From the NCBI GenBank assembly GCA_944391155.1, contig CALXSO010000116.1:1-32391 (forward strand): a stretch of 32,391 nt of DNA. Reading direction: 5' to 3'. Below, in pieces: positions 7,661 through 17,563 of the stretch (position 1 is its first letter; each line of letters starts with the position of its first letter). The position numbers and the translations under genes are program-made. Below the pieces are notes generated by a model. That model did not search any database. It was given only the letters and a program-made list of their open reading frames with translations, and was not told the DNA's origin. The stretch is from an uncultured Clostridia bacterium. Its GTDB lineage: Bacteria; Bacillota; Clostridia; TANB77; CAG-508.

Positions 7661-9202
7661 TTATCTAGCATAATCAACAACTCTTGTTTCTCTTATTACA
7701 TTTACCTTAATTTGTCCTGGATATTCCATTTCGTTTTCTACTTTTTTAGAAACATCCCTTGCTAAAATTGTCATTTCATCATCAGAAATCTTATCTGGTT
7801 TTACTAAAATTCTTATCTCTCGACCAGCTTGAATTGCAAATGATTTTTCAACTCCTTCAAAAGAATCTGCGATTTCCTCAAGATTTTGTAAACGTTTAAT
7901 ATATGCTTCTAAAGTTTCTCTTCTTGCACCTGGTCTTGAAGCTGATATTGCATCTGCTGCTTGAACCAATACCGCTTCTAAACTTTGAGGCTCTACATCA
8001 CCATGATGTGCTTCTACTGCATTTATAATAATTGGATTTTCTTTATATTTTTTCAATATCTCAACACCAATTTCTACATGTGTTCCTTCCATATCATGAT
8101 CTAATGCTTTTCCAATATCATGTAATAATCCAGCTCTTCTTGCAATTTTTGGATCTAATCCTAATTCCTCTGCCATAATTCTTGCTAAATTAGAAACTTC
8201 AATTGAATGATTTAAAACATTTTGTCCATAACTTGTTCTATATTTTAATTTACCTATTAATTTAACCAAGTCTGGATGCAATCCAATAACTCCTGATTCT
8301 AAAACAGCTCTTTCCCCTTCTGATTTTATTGTTTCTTCAATCTCTTGTTTTGCTTTTTCAACCATTTCTTCTATTTTTGCAGGATGAATTCTTCCATCAT
8401 CAATTAATTTTTCTAATGCAATTTTAGCAACTTCCCTTCTTAATGGGTCAAATCCTGATAAAACTACTGCTTCTGGTGTATCGTCAATTATCAAATCTAT
8501 TCCTGTCAATGTTTCTAATGCTTTAATATTTCTTCCTTCTCTACCAATAATTCTACCTTTCATATCATCACTAGGAAGTGCAACTATTGATACTGTTGTT
8601 TCTTGTGAATGGTCTGCAGCACATTTTTGAACTGCATAAGTTAATACTTCCTTAGCATTTTTGTTCACTTCTTCTTTAATTTTTTGCTCTGCTTCTCTGA
8701 TCATCGTAGCCTTTTCAGCAGTAATATCCTTTTCAACCTCTTTTAATAATTTTGCCTTTGCATCCTCTTTTGTTAAAGCTGCAATCTGTTGTAGTTTATC
8801 AAGCTGTTCATCATAAAGTTTTTCTACTTCTGATTTTTGCTCCTCTACTTCTTGCATTCTTTTTTCTAAATCTTGTTCTTTCTTTTCAAAATTCTCTGAA
8901 CGTCTTTCTAGACTCTCTTCCTTTTGAATTAATCTTGTTTCTTGTTTTTGTACTTCGCCTCTTCTTTCTTTAATCTCTTGATCTAACTCTTTTCTGCTGC
9001 TCATAATTTCTTCTTTTGCTTTAATAATTTCTTCTTTTTTCATATTTTCAGCTTCAATTTTTGCCAAATCAACAATTCTTTTTGCTTCTTGCTCAGCACT
9101 ACCTAATTTAGATTCTGCAATTTTTTTTCTGTATGTCATTCCAATTAGTGCTCCTATTGCAAGCGAGATTAAGAAAGTGGCTACTATGATTACAATATAC
9201 AT
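7661..9202 (-). CDS. rny: Ribonuclease Y (N-terminal TM helix, coiled coil, KH and HD domains)
   Basis: 513 aa. KH motif [31 protein letters not shown] and HD motif LLHDIGKA...HHGD. The whole protein aligns by eye with Firmicute Rny. RBS is AGAGGTG. Confidence 0.95.
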   Translation of the reverse strand: MYIVIIVATFLISLAIGALIGMTYRKKIAESKLGSAEQEAKRIVDLAKIEAENMKKEEIIKAKEEIMSSRKELDQEIKERRGEVQKQETRLIQKEESLERRSENFEKKEQDLEKRMQEVEEQKSEVEKLYDEQLDKLQQIAALTKEDAKAKLLKEVEKDITAEKATMIREAEQKIKEEVNKNAKEVLTYAVQKCAADHSQETTVSIVALPSDDMKGRIIGREGRNIKALETLTGIDLIIDDTPEAVVLSGFDPLRREVAKIALEKLIDDGRIHPAKIEEMVEKAKQEIEETIKSEGERAVLESGVIGLHPDLVKLIGKLKYRTSYGQNVLNHSIEVSNLARIMAEELGLDPKIARRAGLLHDIGKALDHDMEGTHVEIGVEILKKYKENPIIINAVEAHHGDVEPQSLEAVLVQAADAISASRPGARRETLEAYIKRLQNLEEIADSFEGVEKSFAIQAGREIRILVKPDKISDDEMTILARDVSKKVENEMEYPGQIKVNVIRETRVVDYAR

Positions 9203-9291
9203 AAGTATACACCTCTTTCTTATTTAATTTTCAATGTTCGAATCAAATATATCTATTTTAGTAATTTCATATATTTTTTTCTTCCTTCTTT

Positions 9292-9320
9292 ATTTTAACT
9301 TTATTATGGTTAACTGTCAA
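9292..9320 (-). promoter_or_regulatory. Sigma-A-type promoter for rny
   Basis: The minus strand reads TTGACA, a 17-nt spacer, then TAAAAT. The -35 hexamer overlaps the TGA stop (9317-9319) of the upstream ORF. Confidence 0.6.
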
Positions 9321-11137
9321 GAGTTTTCACGATTTTTATTTTGGGGGGATTTGGGGACGGTCCTTAAAATCCCTCCTAGGAGGGATTTTAAGGACCGTCC
9401 CCAAATCCCCCACAACAATCCATCATATTCTTCCGAAATTTGATTAAAATCACTATTCATTAATACACATTTTCCATTTTCTTTGATTATCCAATAATAA
9501 TTATCAAACATGACCAAATATAATGTTTGTATTATTCCTGTACCATTACTATCGAAAACAAAATATTTACAATCCATATCAGATGAATTATATTGTATTA
9601 ATATAATTTTACCATTCCTAACATCTTCAATTTCATATTTACCATTATATTTTACTCTATAACCCCAAGAATCATACCAACCACCACTTAAGCCATCTAA
9701 ACTTCTAAAAGGAATATATCCATCTGTAAGCACATTTATTTTAATTTCTGAATTCTCTATACTTCCCTGTATATACTCTATTTCTGATGTTTCTTCTCCA
9801 TCAGCTCTTTTTACTGTTACTCTACATTTTAAGTAACTATACATAAAATATTCATCATCTGATGCATATATTTCTTCATCTTCTAAAGGTTCTATCAACA
9901 TCAAATAATTTTCATTTTTATAATAATATCTTCCTAAATTTTTTTCGTCTTCAATATATATTTTTTCCTTTTCATATACATCTTTATCTTGTCTTTCAAA
10001 AATTATTTCCTCATTATTATCTGTACTTATAAATGCTCTTAATGAAAAATCAAAAGTTTCAATATAAGAATAAACTAATCCATTTTTATAATTATATTTA
10101 TTTATATTATTAAATATAGCTTCTTCTGAAAGATTATCAAATTTTGATAATATACTTGAATCCAAAGTTGCTTTATCTCCACTTTTAGAAATCACATAAT
10201 AATTATTTCCTTTTTTGGCAAGAGAAAAATAATATTTTTCATTATTTTTTTCTAAAGAATAAAAGTATGTTACTTTATCATACTCACAAGCAATTTTTTC
10301 TTCACCATCTTCGTTGATAAATCCATATTTTTTATCTTTTTCTACAGGAATATATAATTCACTTTTTGTATTTCCTTTTAATAAAGATATATCTTGAATC
10401 AATTGTGCAACTTGATTTTTTCTTTCATTATCCCACATTTTTGTTATAATAATAGCATAAATATTAAGTATTAAAAACATAACAACTACTAAAGCATGCA
10501 ATAAATAATGAATTATTACATCTATTACTTTATTAAAATTATTTGTTTTTTCTATATTTTTTTCAATATGTATATAAATAAATTGCATAATCACAGATAA
10601 TATAATCCATAATTCCCCATATACTAAAAATGAAATACTAAACAATTCAAGTATAGAAATTATAATTACAAATATATAAGAAAATATCTTTATTTTTGTA
10701 GGCTTATATTTTTTAATATAAATAAAATTTTTAATGGTTATCAATATTGGAATAACTACAAAAAGTATTATATCCAAATATTTAATAATTTCTAAATTAT
10801 CTTTCAGAATTGTAGATTGTAATGCAAAAGCAATACAAATAGCTCCAAAAACAAAATACCAAAAAGATAACTTTTTATTTTTTCTATTTTGTACAAATGA
10901 AACTATATTTGATATACCAAGTGCTAAATAAAATATTAATAATATTTTTTCAATATTTTTAATAAAACTTTCAACAATAAAGTTATCATAAATATATATA
11001 TATCCATCTGGTGATGATAATGAGTTATAGAATATATAATCAATCGAAAAATATAAAATACAAAATGCTATTATTCCTATTACATTAAATACTGATACAA
11101 TATAATTAGTGCTTTTATTCCACTTTTTTTCTATCAT
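9317..11137 (-). CDS. Polytopic membrane protein with a C-terminal WG/KWG-like repeat domain; the last ~30 codons read through the palindrome
   Basis: 606 aa. The N-terminal ~230 aa hold multiple hydrophobic helices. The C-terminal part carries repeats of the YGFINEDGEEKI...YDKV type. RBS AAGGGG lies before the ATG at 11137. The true 3' end is uncertain (see findings). Confidence 0.65.
   Translation of the reverse strand: MIEKKWNKSTNYIVSVFNVIGIIAFCILYFSIDYIFYNSLSSPDGYIYIYDNFIVESFIKNIEKILLIFYLALGISNIVSFVQNRKNKKLSFWYFVFGAICIAFALQSTILKDNLEIIKYLDIILFVVIPILITIKNFIYIKKYKPTKIKIFSYIFVIIISILELFSISFLVYGELWIILSVIMQFIYIHIEKNIEKTNNFNKVIDVIIHYLLHALVVVMFLILNIYAIIITKMWDNERKNQVAQLIQDISLLKGNTKSELYIPVEKDKKYGFINEDGEEKIACEYDKVTYFYSLEKNNEKYYFSLAKKGNNYYVISKSGDKATLDSSILSKFDNLSEEAIFNNINKYNYKNGLVYSYIETFDFSLRAFISTDNNEEIIFERQDKDVYEKEKIYIEDEKNLGRYYYKNENYLMLIEPLEDEEIYASDDEYFMYSYLKCRVTVKRADGEETSEIEYIQGSIENSEIKINVLTDGYIPFRSLDGLSGGWYDSWGYRVKYNGKYEIEDVRNGKIILIQYNSSDMDCKYFVFDSNGTGIIQTLYLVMFDNYYWIIKENGKCVLMNSDFNQISEEYDGLLWGIWGRSLKSLLGGILRTVPKSPQNKNRENS
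9344..9411. repeat. Perfect 68-bp palindrome (34-nt arms, no loop) centred on CCTAGG
   Basis: GGGGGATTTGGGGACGGTCCTTAAAATCCCTCCT | AGGAGGGATTTTAAGGACCGTCCCCAAATCCCCC. I checked every position p against position 18755-p and found no mismatch. It is much more GC-rich than its surroundings. Confidence 0.95.
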
Positions 11138-11175
11138 TATTTTATTCCCCTTTTATAAATCTTCTTTCATATATA

Positions 11176-11242
11176 ACAAGAAAAGTCACCTATAAAAAAC
11201 ATACATAAGCCTTGCTAATAAAGTCTTTCTATATTTATCACA
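11176..11242. repeat. Degenerate relic of the hairpin-element family (core-type fragment)
   Basis: AACAAGAAAAGTCACCTATAAAAAACATACATAAGCCTTGCTAATAAAGTCTTTCT aligns with 19013..19080 (AACAAGAAAGGTTACCTATAAAAAGACCCGCATGAGCCTTACCTATGTAGCTTTGCT). Confidence 0.4.
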
Positions 11243-11281
11243 GTTAACAAGCTAGCTTTTTAATTTCAATCTATACATAAA

Positions 11282-12370
11282 TCAATCTATACATAAATTC
11301 TTTATTCTTAATATTTTTTCATTATATTTTTCTACATCCATTTTTTCGATTTTTAAATCATCATTTACATTATATTTACTCTTTAAATCTAGTATTTTTT
11401 TAACGCTTTCATCTAATTTTTCTTCTGATATTTTTTTCCTAACTACTGCCTTTTCTATTTTTTTAAATACTCTATCATCTTTAGAATATTTTACCATTAT
11501 TAAATCATTTCCTACTTTAAAAGCTCTTTTTACTGCCCTGTCTTTACCATATAATAATCTAACACTTTTCATTCTCATATCATCTGTTATGATGATACCA
11601 TTAAAATTTAGTTCCTGCCTTATATAATTTATTACTTTTTTTGACATACTTGCAGGATATAATTTTGTAACTCGTGGAATTACTAAATGTCCTATTAGCA
11701 TTGCATCAGTTCCATAAACCATTGCCTCTTTAAATGGTTTCATATCATTTTTTTCTAATTCTCCTAATCTCTTAAAAATAATTGGAAGAATAAAATGTGA
11801 ATCAATTTTAGTTGCTCCATGTCCAGGAAAATGTTTCATCACTGCTATTATTCCCTTTTCTTTAAGTTTTTTTATAAATTCAATTCCGCACTTTGAAACC
11901 ATTTCTATATCATCACTATATGCTCTGTCTCCTATCACATGTTTTTCTTGAAATCTTTTTATATCTAGTACAGGTGCAAAATCCATATTAATTCCTAGAT
12001 TTTTTAAAATATCTCCTGTAATTTCTGCAGCTTCTGCAACTAATTCCATTCCTCCTGTTTTGGCTAAGTTATAACTACTTGGCATATTTAAAAAATCATT
12101 TGGAATTCTATTTACTCTACCACCTTCTTGATCTATAGATATAATAATAGGAACTTGTGAATATTTCTTATTTATTCTTCTTATATTATTAATCAGATTT
12201 ATTAATTCATCATAGTTTTTGTAATTTTTTTTATATATTAATACTCCACCAATTTTATAATTTTTTATAGTTTCTTCTATCTTTTCTAGCACATTTAAAT
12301 TCTCGTCAAATCCAATTATAAATTTTTGACCAATTTTTTCTTTCAATGATAATTTTTCAATATCTTTCAT
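11282..12370 (-). CDS. nagZ: GH3 beta-N-acetylhexosaminidase (NagZ-like)
   Basis: 362 aa. Motifs IDQEGGRVNR, NMDFAPVLDI and KHFPGHG, plus the catalytic region IITDDMRMK, are typical of GH3 NagZ. Confidence 0.8.
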   Translation of the reverse strand: MKDIEKLSLKEKIGQKFIIGFDENLNVLEKIEETIKNYKIGGVLIYKKNYKNYDELINLINNIRRINKKYSQVPIIISIDQEGGRVNRIPNDFLNMPSSYNLAKTGGMELVAEAAEITGDILKNLGINMDFAPVLDIKRFQEKHVIGDRAYSDDIEMVSKCGIEFIKKLKEKGIIAVMKHFPGHGATKIDSHFILPIIFKRLGELEKNDMKPFKEAMVYGTDAMLIGHLVIPRVTKLYPASMSKKVINYIRQELNFNGIIITDDMRMKSVRLLYGKDRAVKRAFKVGNDLIMVKYSKDDRVFKKIEKAVVRKKISEEKLDESVKKILDLKSKYNVNDDLKIEKMDVEKYNEKILRIKNLCID

Positions 12371-12449
12371 AATTTCTACTTTCTAAATTAAAAGTTAAAT
12401 TTTTTTAATTACTATAACTTTTAATTAATATTATATTTTTATTAATTTT

Positions 12450-12478
12450 TTTATACTATGTACTTTTAGAATTGTCAA
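12450..12478 (-). promoter_or_regulatory. Sigma-A-type promoter for the nagZ-like gene
   Basis: The minus strand reads TTGACA, a 17-nt spacer, then TATAAA. It sits between MITE copy b and the gene start. Confidence 0.5.
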
Positions 12479-12517
12479 TATTTTAAGATATTTTATTATA
12501 TAAGTAATTTATCAAAT

Positions 12518-12677
12518 GTTACTATTCAGCATATTATAAAAGTAATTCGTCTGAAAGGTTGATATAAAAGTATTTTTTATCAAAAACAATCATTAGGTCT
12601 ACCTACTAGTCTTTGGCAAAAAATACTTTTATATCAACCCTTCAGACTACTCTACAAAATGAAGTCTAACTAGTAAC
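12518..12677. mobile_element. Intact hairpin MITE (copy b) with a perfect 8-bp TSD
   Basis: Termini are GTTACTA...TAGTAAC. The inner inverted repeat is GTCTGAAAGGTTGATATAAAAGTATTTTTTATCAAA / TTTGGCAAAAAATACTTTTATATCAACCCTTCAGAC. It is flanked by TATCAAAT at 12510-12517 and again at 12678-12685. It has no coding capacity. Confidence 0.75.
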
Positions 12678-12737
12678 TATCAAATACTTTTTTAGATTCA
12701 TCTCTTAACTTAATGCATTGGAAACATCCATAAAACC

Positions 12738-15119
12738 CTATTTTCTTATTTCCGCATTATTTTTTTCTAGTTCTTCTATAATTTTTTTCATTATTTCATT
12801 TATTTCGTCATCATTTAGTGTTCTGTCTATCGCTCCAAATGTTAGTGAATATGCTACACTTCTTTTTGTTTTTTCTATGTTTTCACCTTCATATACATCA
12901 AATACATTTATATCTAATAAGTATTTTCCAGCTTTTTTCTTTATTATTTTTTCTATTTCACTTGAGCTTGTGTTTTTATCTATTAGTACTGCTATATCTT
13001 TTTTTACTGTTGGAAATTTTGATATTTCTTTAAATTTCATTTTGCTTACTCTTTTTGCTAGTAGTTTGTCTAAATTGATTTCCATTACATATAAGTCTTC
13101 TGTTTCTACACTTGGATGTATTTTTCCTATTATTCCTACGATATCGTTGTTTACAGATATTTCAGCTGTTTGACCTGGATGGAATTCTTGTGGTAGTTTC
13201 TTTGGCATTACAAAACTATAACGTCCTTCATACCCTAAATAATCTAGTAATTCTTCTGCTATTCCTTTTATTATATAAAAATCTACTTTTTTATTATTTC
13301 CAATTCCTAAATAATATTCTCCTGACATTAGAACACATATTTTTTGTTCTTCGCCATATTCTTCTCCTCTTTTCCAGAATCCTTTCCCTATTTCAAATAA
13401 ACATATATCTTTGTTTTCTCTCGCTTTGTTATATTCATAAATTTTATATAATGATGGAATTATACTGTATCTTAAAGTATTTCTATCTTCTGTTATTGGA
13501 TCTAATAGTTTGACTGGTTCAAATTCATCTGTTGTAAATCTTTTTACATCTTTGTCATTTATTAGTATATATGATAATGTTTCATTTAGTCCTAGATTTG
13601 ACATTTTATTTTTAATTTTTCTCATGGTTTTGTCTAAATTACCCATTTTCATTGGTACTACTGGTAATCTTCCTTGTATATTATCTACTCCATAAATTCT
13701 TCCTACTTCTTCTATTAAGTCTTCTTTTATTGATATATCTATCCTTCTTGTAGGTACTGTAACTAAAATTTCTTCATCATTCTTGTCAATTTTTTGAGTT
13801 TTGAATCCTAATCTATTAAATACATCAATAATATTTTCTTTTGATATTGTTGTTCCTAAAACATCATTTATATTTTTATATGTGATTTTTATTTCTTTTT
13901 CTTCATTTTTAGTTTCATCATATACAACTGTTCCTGATACAATTTCTGCATCTGCATATTTTTCCAATAATGCACATGCTCTTTCAGCTGCCATATATGT
14001 TCTTGCTGGATCTAATCCTTTTTCAAATCTATTACTTGCTTCGCTTCTTACAATTTTATTTGATGTAACTCTTACTTTTACAGAATCAAAAATCGCCGCT
14101 TCTATAATTACATTTTTGGTTGTCTCTTCTACTTCTGTATCCAAACCTCCCATTACTCCTGCCAATCCTATTGATTTTTTTCCATCTGTTATTACTATAT
14201 CATTCTTTGATAAAGTCCTTTCAATATTATCTAATGTTGTTAATTTTTCATCTTCTTCTGCCATTCTAACAACTATCTTTTCACCTAAATTATCTGCATC
14301 GTAGAAGTGTAATGGTTGACCTAGTTCAAGCATTACATAGTTACTAATATCTACTACATTATTAATTGGTCTAATTCCAGAAGCTATTAATCTATTTTTT
14401 ATAAATTCTGGACTTTCTTTTATTCTTACATTTTTTGCTTTCTTTGCTAAAAACATTTTACAATTTTCTGTATTTACTTCAACAGAAAATTCTTTATTAA
14501 TATCCTCTCCATTTTCCTTATGTGTAATATCTACATCTTTTACATTTTTACCATAGATTGCTCCTAATTCATATGCCATACCTAATATACTTAATAAATC
14601 CCCTCTATTTGCTGTTAATTCAAAATCTATAACTTCATCATCTAATTCTAAAAATTTTATTGGATCTTCACCTACAGGTGCATTTTGTGGAAGTTCACAA
14701 ATTCCATTTTTATCAGCTTCTGATAGAAATTTTTTATCAATTCCAATTTCATATAATGCACAAATCATCCCATTTGATTCCTGCCCTCTTATCATTCCTT
14801 TTTTTATTTTAACATTTCCCGGTAACGCTGCTCCTACTTGTGCTACTATTACCTTTAATCCTTTTCTTGCATTTGGAGCTCCACATACTATATCTAAAAT
14901 TTCTTTTCCTATATCTACTTTACAAAGATGTAAATGATCAGAATCTGGATGCATTGTACATTCTTTGATTTCTCCTATTATCAAATTTGTAGCATTTACT
15001 AATTTTTCTGCTGAATCATATTCATTTCCAGCTTTTGTCATTGCTTCTGCTATTTCTTTTATTGTTAATTTATTATCTAAATCCACATAATCTTTTACAA
15101 ATTTTCTACTTAATATCAT
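12738..15119 (-). CDS. pheT: Phenylalanine--tRNA ligase beta subunit
   Basis: 793 aa. It has an N-terminal tRNA-binding domain (GEIKECTMHPDSDHLHLCKVDIG), B3/4 and B5 regions and a C-terminal FDX-ACB domain (DVFDVYEGENI). It overlaps the pheS stop by 1 nt (TAATG). Confidence 0.95.
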   Translation of the reverse strand: MILSRKFVKDYVDLDNKLTIKEIAEAMTKAGNEYDSAEKLVNATNLIIGEIKECTMHPDSDHLHLCKVDIGKEILDIVCGAPNARKGLKVIVAQVGAALPGNVKIKKGMIRGQESNGMICALYEIGIDKKFLSEADKNGICELPQNAPVGEDPIKFLELDDEVIDFELTANRGDLLSILGMAYELGAIYGKNVKDVDITHKENGEDINKEFSVEVNTENCKMFLAKKAKNVRIKESPEFIKNRLIASGIRPINNVVDISNYVMLELGQPLHFYDADNLGEKIVVRMAEEDEKLTTLDNIERTLSKNDIVITDGKKSIGLAGVMGGLDTEVEETTKNVIIEAAIFDSVKVRVTSNKIVRSEASNRFEKGLDPARTYMAAERACALLEKYADAEIVSGTVVYDETKNEEKEIKITYKNINDVLGTTISKENIIDVFNRLGFKTQKIDKNDEEILVTVPTRRIDISIKEDLIEEVGRIYGVDNIQGRLPVVPMKMGNLDKTMRKIKNKMSNLGLNETLSYILINDKDVKRFTTDEFEPVKLLDPITEDRNTLRYSIIPSLYKIYEYNKARENKDICLFEIGKGFWKRGEEYGEEQKICVLMSGEYYLGIGNNKKVDFYIIKGIAEELLDYLGYEGRYSFVMPKKLPQEFHPGQTAEISVNNDIVGIIGKIHPSVETEDLYVMEINLDKLLAKRVSKMKFKEISKFPTVKKDIAVLIDKNTSSSEIEKIIKKKAGKYLLDINVFDVYEGENIEKTKRSVAYSLTFGAIDRTLNDDEINEIMKKIIEELEKNNAEIRK

Positions 15120-16168
15120 TATTCTTCATCCTTTCTATCAAATTGATTTAAAAATCTGACATCATTTGTATATAAATATCTCATATCTGTTATTCCATAA
15201 CGGAACATTGCTAATCTATCAATTCCAGTTCCAAATGCAAATCCTCCAAATTCATCTGGATTATATCCATTCATTTTTAAAACATTTGGATGCACCATTC
15301 CTGCTCCAAGTAATTCAATCCAACCTGTTTGTTTACATAGATTACATCCTTTTCCTCCACATTTAAAGCAAGTAACATCTACCTCATATGATGGTTCTGT
15401 GAATGGAAAATAACTTGGTCTAAATCTTAAATCTAAATTAGCTCCTATAATTTTTCTAACAAAAACTTCTAATGTTCCTTTCAAATCTGCAAGTGAAACA
15501 TTCCTTTCTTTTTTATCTACTACCAATCCTTCAATTTGATTAAATTGATGTGAATGTGTTGCATCATCTTCTCTTCTATATGTCTTTCCACAAGTTATCA
15601 TCCTAATAGGAGTTTTTTCTGTATTTGCAATCATTGTTCTTGCTTGTACAGATGATGTTTGTGTACGTAACAAATATTCATCTGTAATATAAAAACTATC
15701 TTGCATATCTCTTGCAGGATGCCCTTTGGGTAAATTTAATCTTTCAAAGCAAAACTCGTCTGTCTCTAATTCAGGTCCTTGTACAACATCATATCCCATT
15801 GAAACAAATAAATCTTCCATATCTTCAATTATTCTAGTAACAGGATGTAAACTTCCTCTTCTAACCTTTGTACTTGGAAGTGTAATATCTATTTTTTCAC
15901 TTTCAATTTTTTTGTTTAAGAGTTCTTGTTTTAATTTTGCTTCTTTTTCTCTAATTTGTTTTTCTAACTCATCCCTTACCTCATTTACTAAACTGCCAAT
16001 TACTGGTCTTTGCTCTGGTGTTAAATCTTTCATTCCTCTTAAGACCGCTGTAAGTTCTCCTTTTTTTCCTAGATATTTTACTCTTAAATCTTCAAGAGCT
16101 TTTAATTCTTTTGCACTTGCTATTTCTTTTTCTGATGTCTGTTTAATCATTTTAATTTGTTCTTCCAT
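15119..16168 (-). CDS. pheS: Phenylalanine--tRNA ligase alpha subunit
   Basis: 349 aa with class II motifs ([33 protein letters not shown]). RBS is GGAAGGTG. Confidence 0.95.
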   Translation of the reverse strand: MEEQIKMIKQTSEKEIASAKELKALEDLRVKYLGKKGELTAVLRGMKDLTPEQRPVIGSLVNEVRDELEKQIREKEAKLKQELLNKKIESEKIDITLPSTKVRRGSLHPVTRIIEDMEDLFVSMGYDVVQGPELETDEFCFERLNLPKGHPARDMQDSFYITDEYLLRTQTSSVQARTMIANTEKTPIRMITCGKTYRREDDATHSHQFNQIEGLVVDKKERNVSLADLKGTLEVFVRKIIGANLDLRFRPSYFPFTEPSYEVDVTCFKCGGKGCNLCKQTGWIELLGAGMVHPNVLKMNGYNPDEFGGFAFGTGIDRLAMFRYGITDMRYLYTNDVRFLNQFDRKDEE

Positions 16169-16752
16169 CTAATAAACACCTTCCTTTTTATATTTTTTAT
16201 ATTAAAAATTAAAAACTTTTTTAACACTAAAATTAATTTTTTTAACTTTAGATTTTATGAGTACCTTTTTTATGACTTTATCATCTAAATATTTTTTCTT
16301 GTTGTATATAGATAAATCCAAATATGCAAAAAAACCAATTGCCCTATATATAGGACGAATTGGTTTTTTCCATATTTCGTGGTACCACCTATTTTTATCA
16401 GAGTCATCAAATACTAATTTTTATCTCTTTATATTAATAAATCACATTTTTATCTCTCTATATTAATAAATCTAATTTTATTTAATTAAATTTAGTTTAA
16501 TATAATCTAATTAATTTTATATAATTAGTATAATAAATTGTTTATTAATATTACTCTAACCTCATTAAAATGCTATAACGGGCTTTCCCGCTTTTTCCTA
16601 ATAACTTATGATTTCATAGCTTTCAAAAAAAGTTCTAAAAAAGTGAAATTTCCATTTAAGACAATTGGAAATGTTTTTCAGCTAATAACATTTCTCTCTT
16701 TTTCAATTTATCTTCTTAAATGTACTTTGCTTTTTTATTGAATTTATATATA
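16169..16752 (-). promoter_or_regulatory. T-box leader of pheST (terminator/antiterminator, T-box motif, probable UUC specifier); unusually long
   Basis: On the minus strand the T-box motif AAATAGGTGGTACCACGAAATATGG lies at 16369-16393. Terminator AACCAATTCGTCCTATATATAGGGCAATTGGTT plus T7 lies at about 16326-16368. Upstream, AGAGAG, a hairpin and GGAAATTTCA give a TTC codon at 16645-16647 followed by A. The 5' boundary is inferred from a candidate promoter and is uncertain. Confidence 0.6.
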
Positions 16753-16759
16753 CATTAGT

Positions 16760-16788
16760 ATATTATCATAAATACAAGTAAAAAACAA
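16760..16788 (-). promoter_or_regulatory. Candidate promoter for the pheST leader
   Basis: The minus strand reads TTGTTT, a 17-nt spacer ending in TGa, then TAATAT (extended -10). Confidence 0.35.
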
Positions 16789-16906
16789 GTTATTTTATAA
16801 ATTTTTGTTTTATAAATTATTTTTTACAAATGGAACTTACTTTTTCAAATAGAAGTTACTTTTTTAATTGACCTATAAATTATTTCATCAAGTATATTCT
16901 TTTATT

Positions 16907-17060
16907 GTTACAGTTCGAACTCAATTCTATAAAACAAACCAAAAAATCGATATATAAATATTTCGCCAAAGACCCCCATGAATACTCAAATTTAAGACCT
17001 TGATTAAACATTTTATATATCAACTTTCCTAATTGCTTAATTTTACACTTGACTAAAATT
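16907..17060. mobile_element. Degenerate copy of the hairpin MITE (copy d)
   Basis: GTTACAGTTCGAAC...TCGATATATAAATATTTCGCCAAAGACC...TTTTATATATCAAC...CTTGACTAAAATT is collinear with copies b and c but heavily mutated. It has no TSD. Confidence 0.4.
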
Positions 17061-17068
17061 ATAATTTT

Positions 17069-17404
17069 CTAGTTACTACTATTAGCATATGGTTTAAACT
17101 CTCCTGTTTCTTTATATTTTCCATATACTCTATTTGAATTATCTTTTATAAATTTTTCATATCTATCAGTTTTCTTATCTCTATTTTTAAATTTCATTTT
17201 TAAATTTTTCACATATCTTTTTTTAGAATTTTCAAAAATCAAAGTAGCAACATAAACACCAAACTCATTTAATTTAATTTCTATTTTAGCCTTTTCTTTT
17301 GGAAATTCTTGTTTTTTCTCTAATTCTACTCTTTCAACAACTTGATTTGGATTATATTTAGTAGCATCAAAAAAATACTGTATACATTTTTTATTTAATT
17401 CCAT
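17069..17404 (-). CDS. Hypothetical Lys-rich protein, 111 aa
   Basis: ORF with RBS AAAGGATG before the ATG at 17404. I recognise no motif. Confidence 0.5.
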   Translation of the reverse strand: MELNKKCIQYFFDATKYNPNQVVERVELEKKQEFPKEKAKIEIKLNEFGVYVATLIFENSKKRYVKNLKMKFKNRDKKTDRYEKFIKDNSNRVYGKYKETGEFKPYANSSN

Positions 17405-17563
17405 TTATATCAACATCCTTTTACAAAATATATATTAACATAAATTATTGATTTTTTCAAGTATTTTCCATTTTTTTATTTAATATATTTGTTTTTTTTA
17501 CAAATAATATACTATAAACTAAAATAATAAATTTTGTATAACATTTTCAAGTAGGTGAATCAG

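Noticed and set aside
9344-9411. The 68-bp palindrome as an ordinary intrinsic terminator
   Set aside because: It has no U-tract on either strand, a 34-bp perfect stem with no loop is far outside normal terminator geometry, and it lies within an open reading frame. I kept it as an unexplained finding instead.
9234-9443. 69-aa plus-strand ORF covering the rny promoter and the 68-bp palindrome
   Set aside because: It exists only because the palindrome and the AT-rich promoter lack stops in that frame. It has no RBS and lies antisense to the promoter and CDS end.
11268-11299. Perfect 16-bp tandem duplication CAATCTATACATAAAT x2 at the stop codon of the nagZ-like gene
   Set aside because: It is real, but it looks like a small slippage duplication of the gene end, and the stop codon lies at the unit junction. 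I can infer no functional consequence.
16257-16741. Plus-strand ORFs 16257-16466 and 16538-16741, and 28508-28798 / 28551-28748
   Set aside because: They lie antisense to the pheS T-box leader and across the tRNA-Trp promoter/terminator region respectively. They have no RBS and hydrophobic low-complexity translations.
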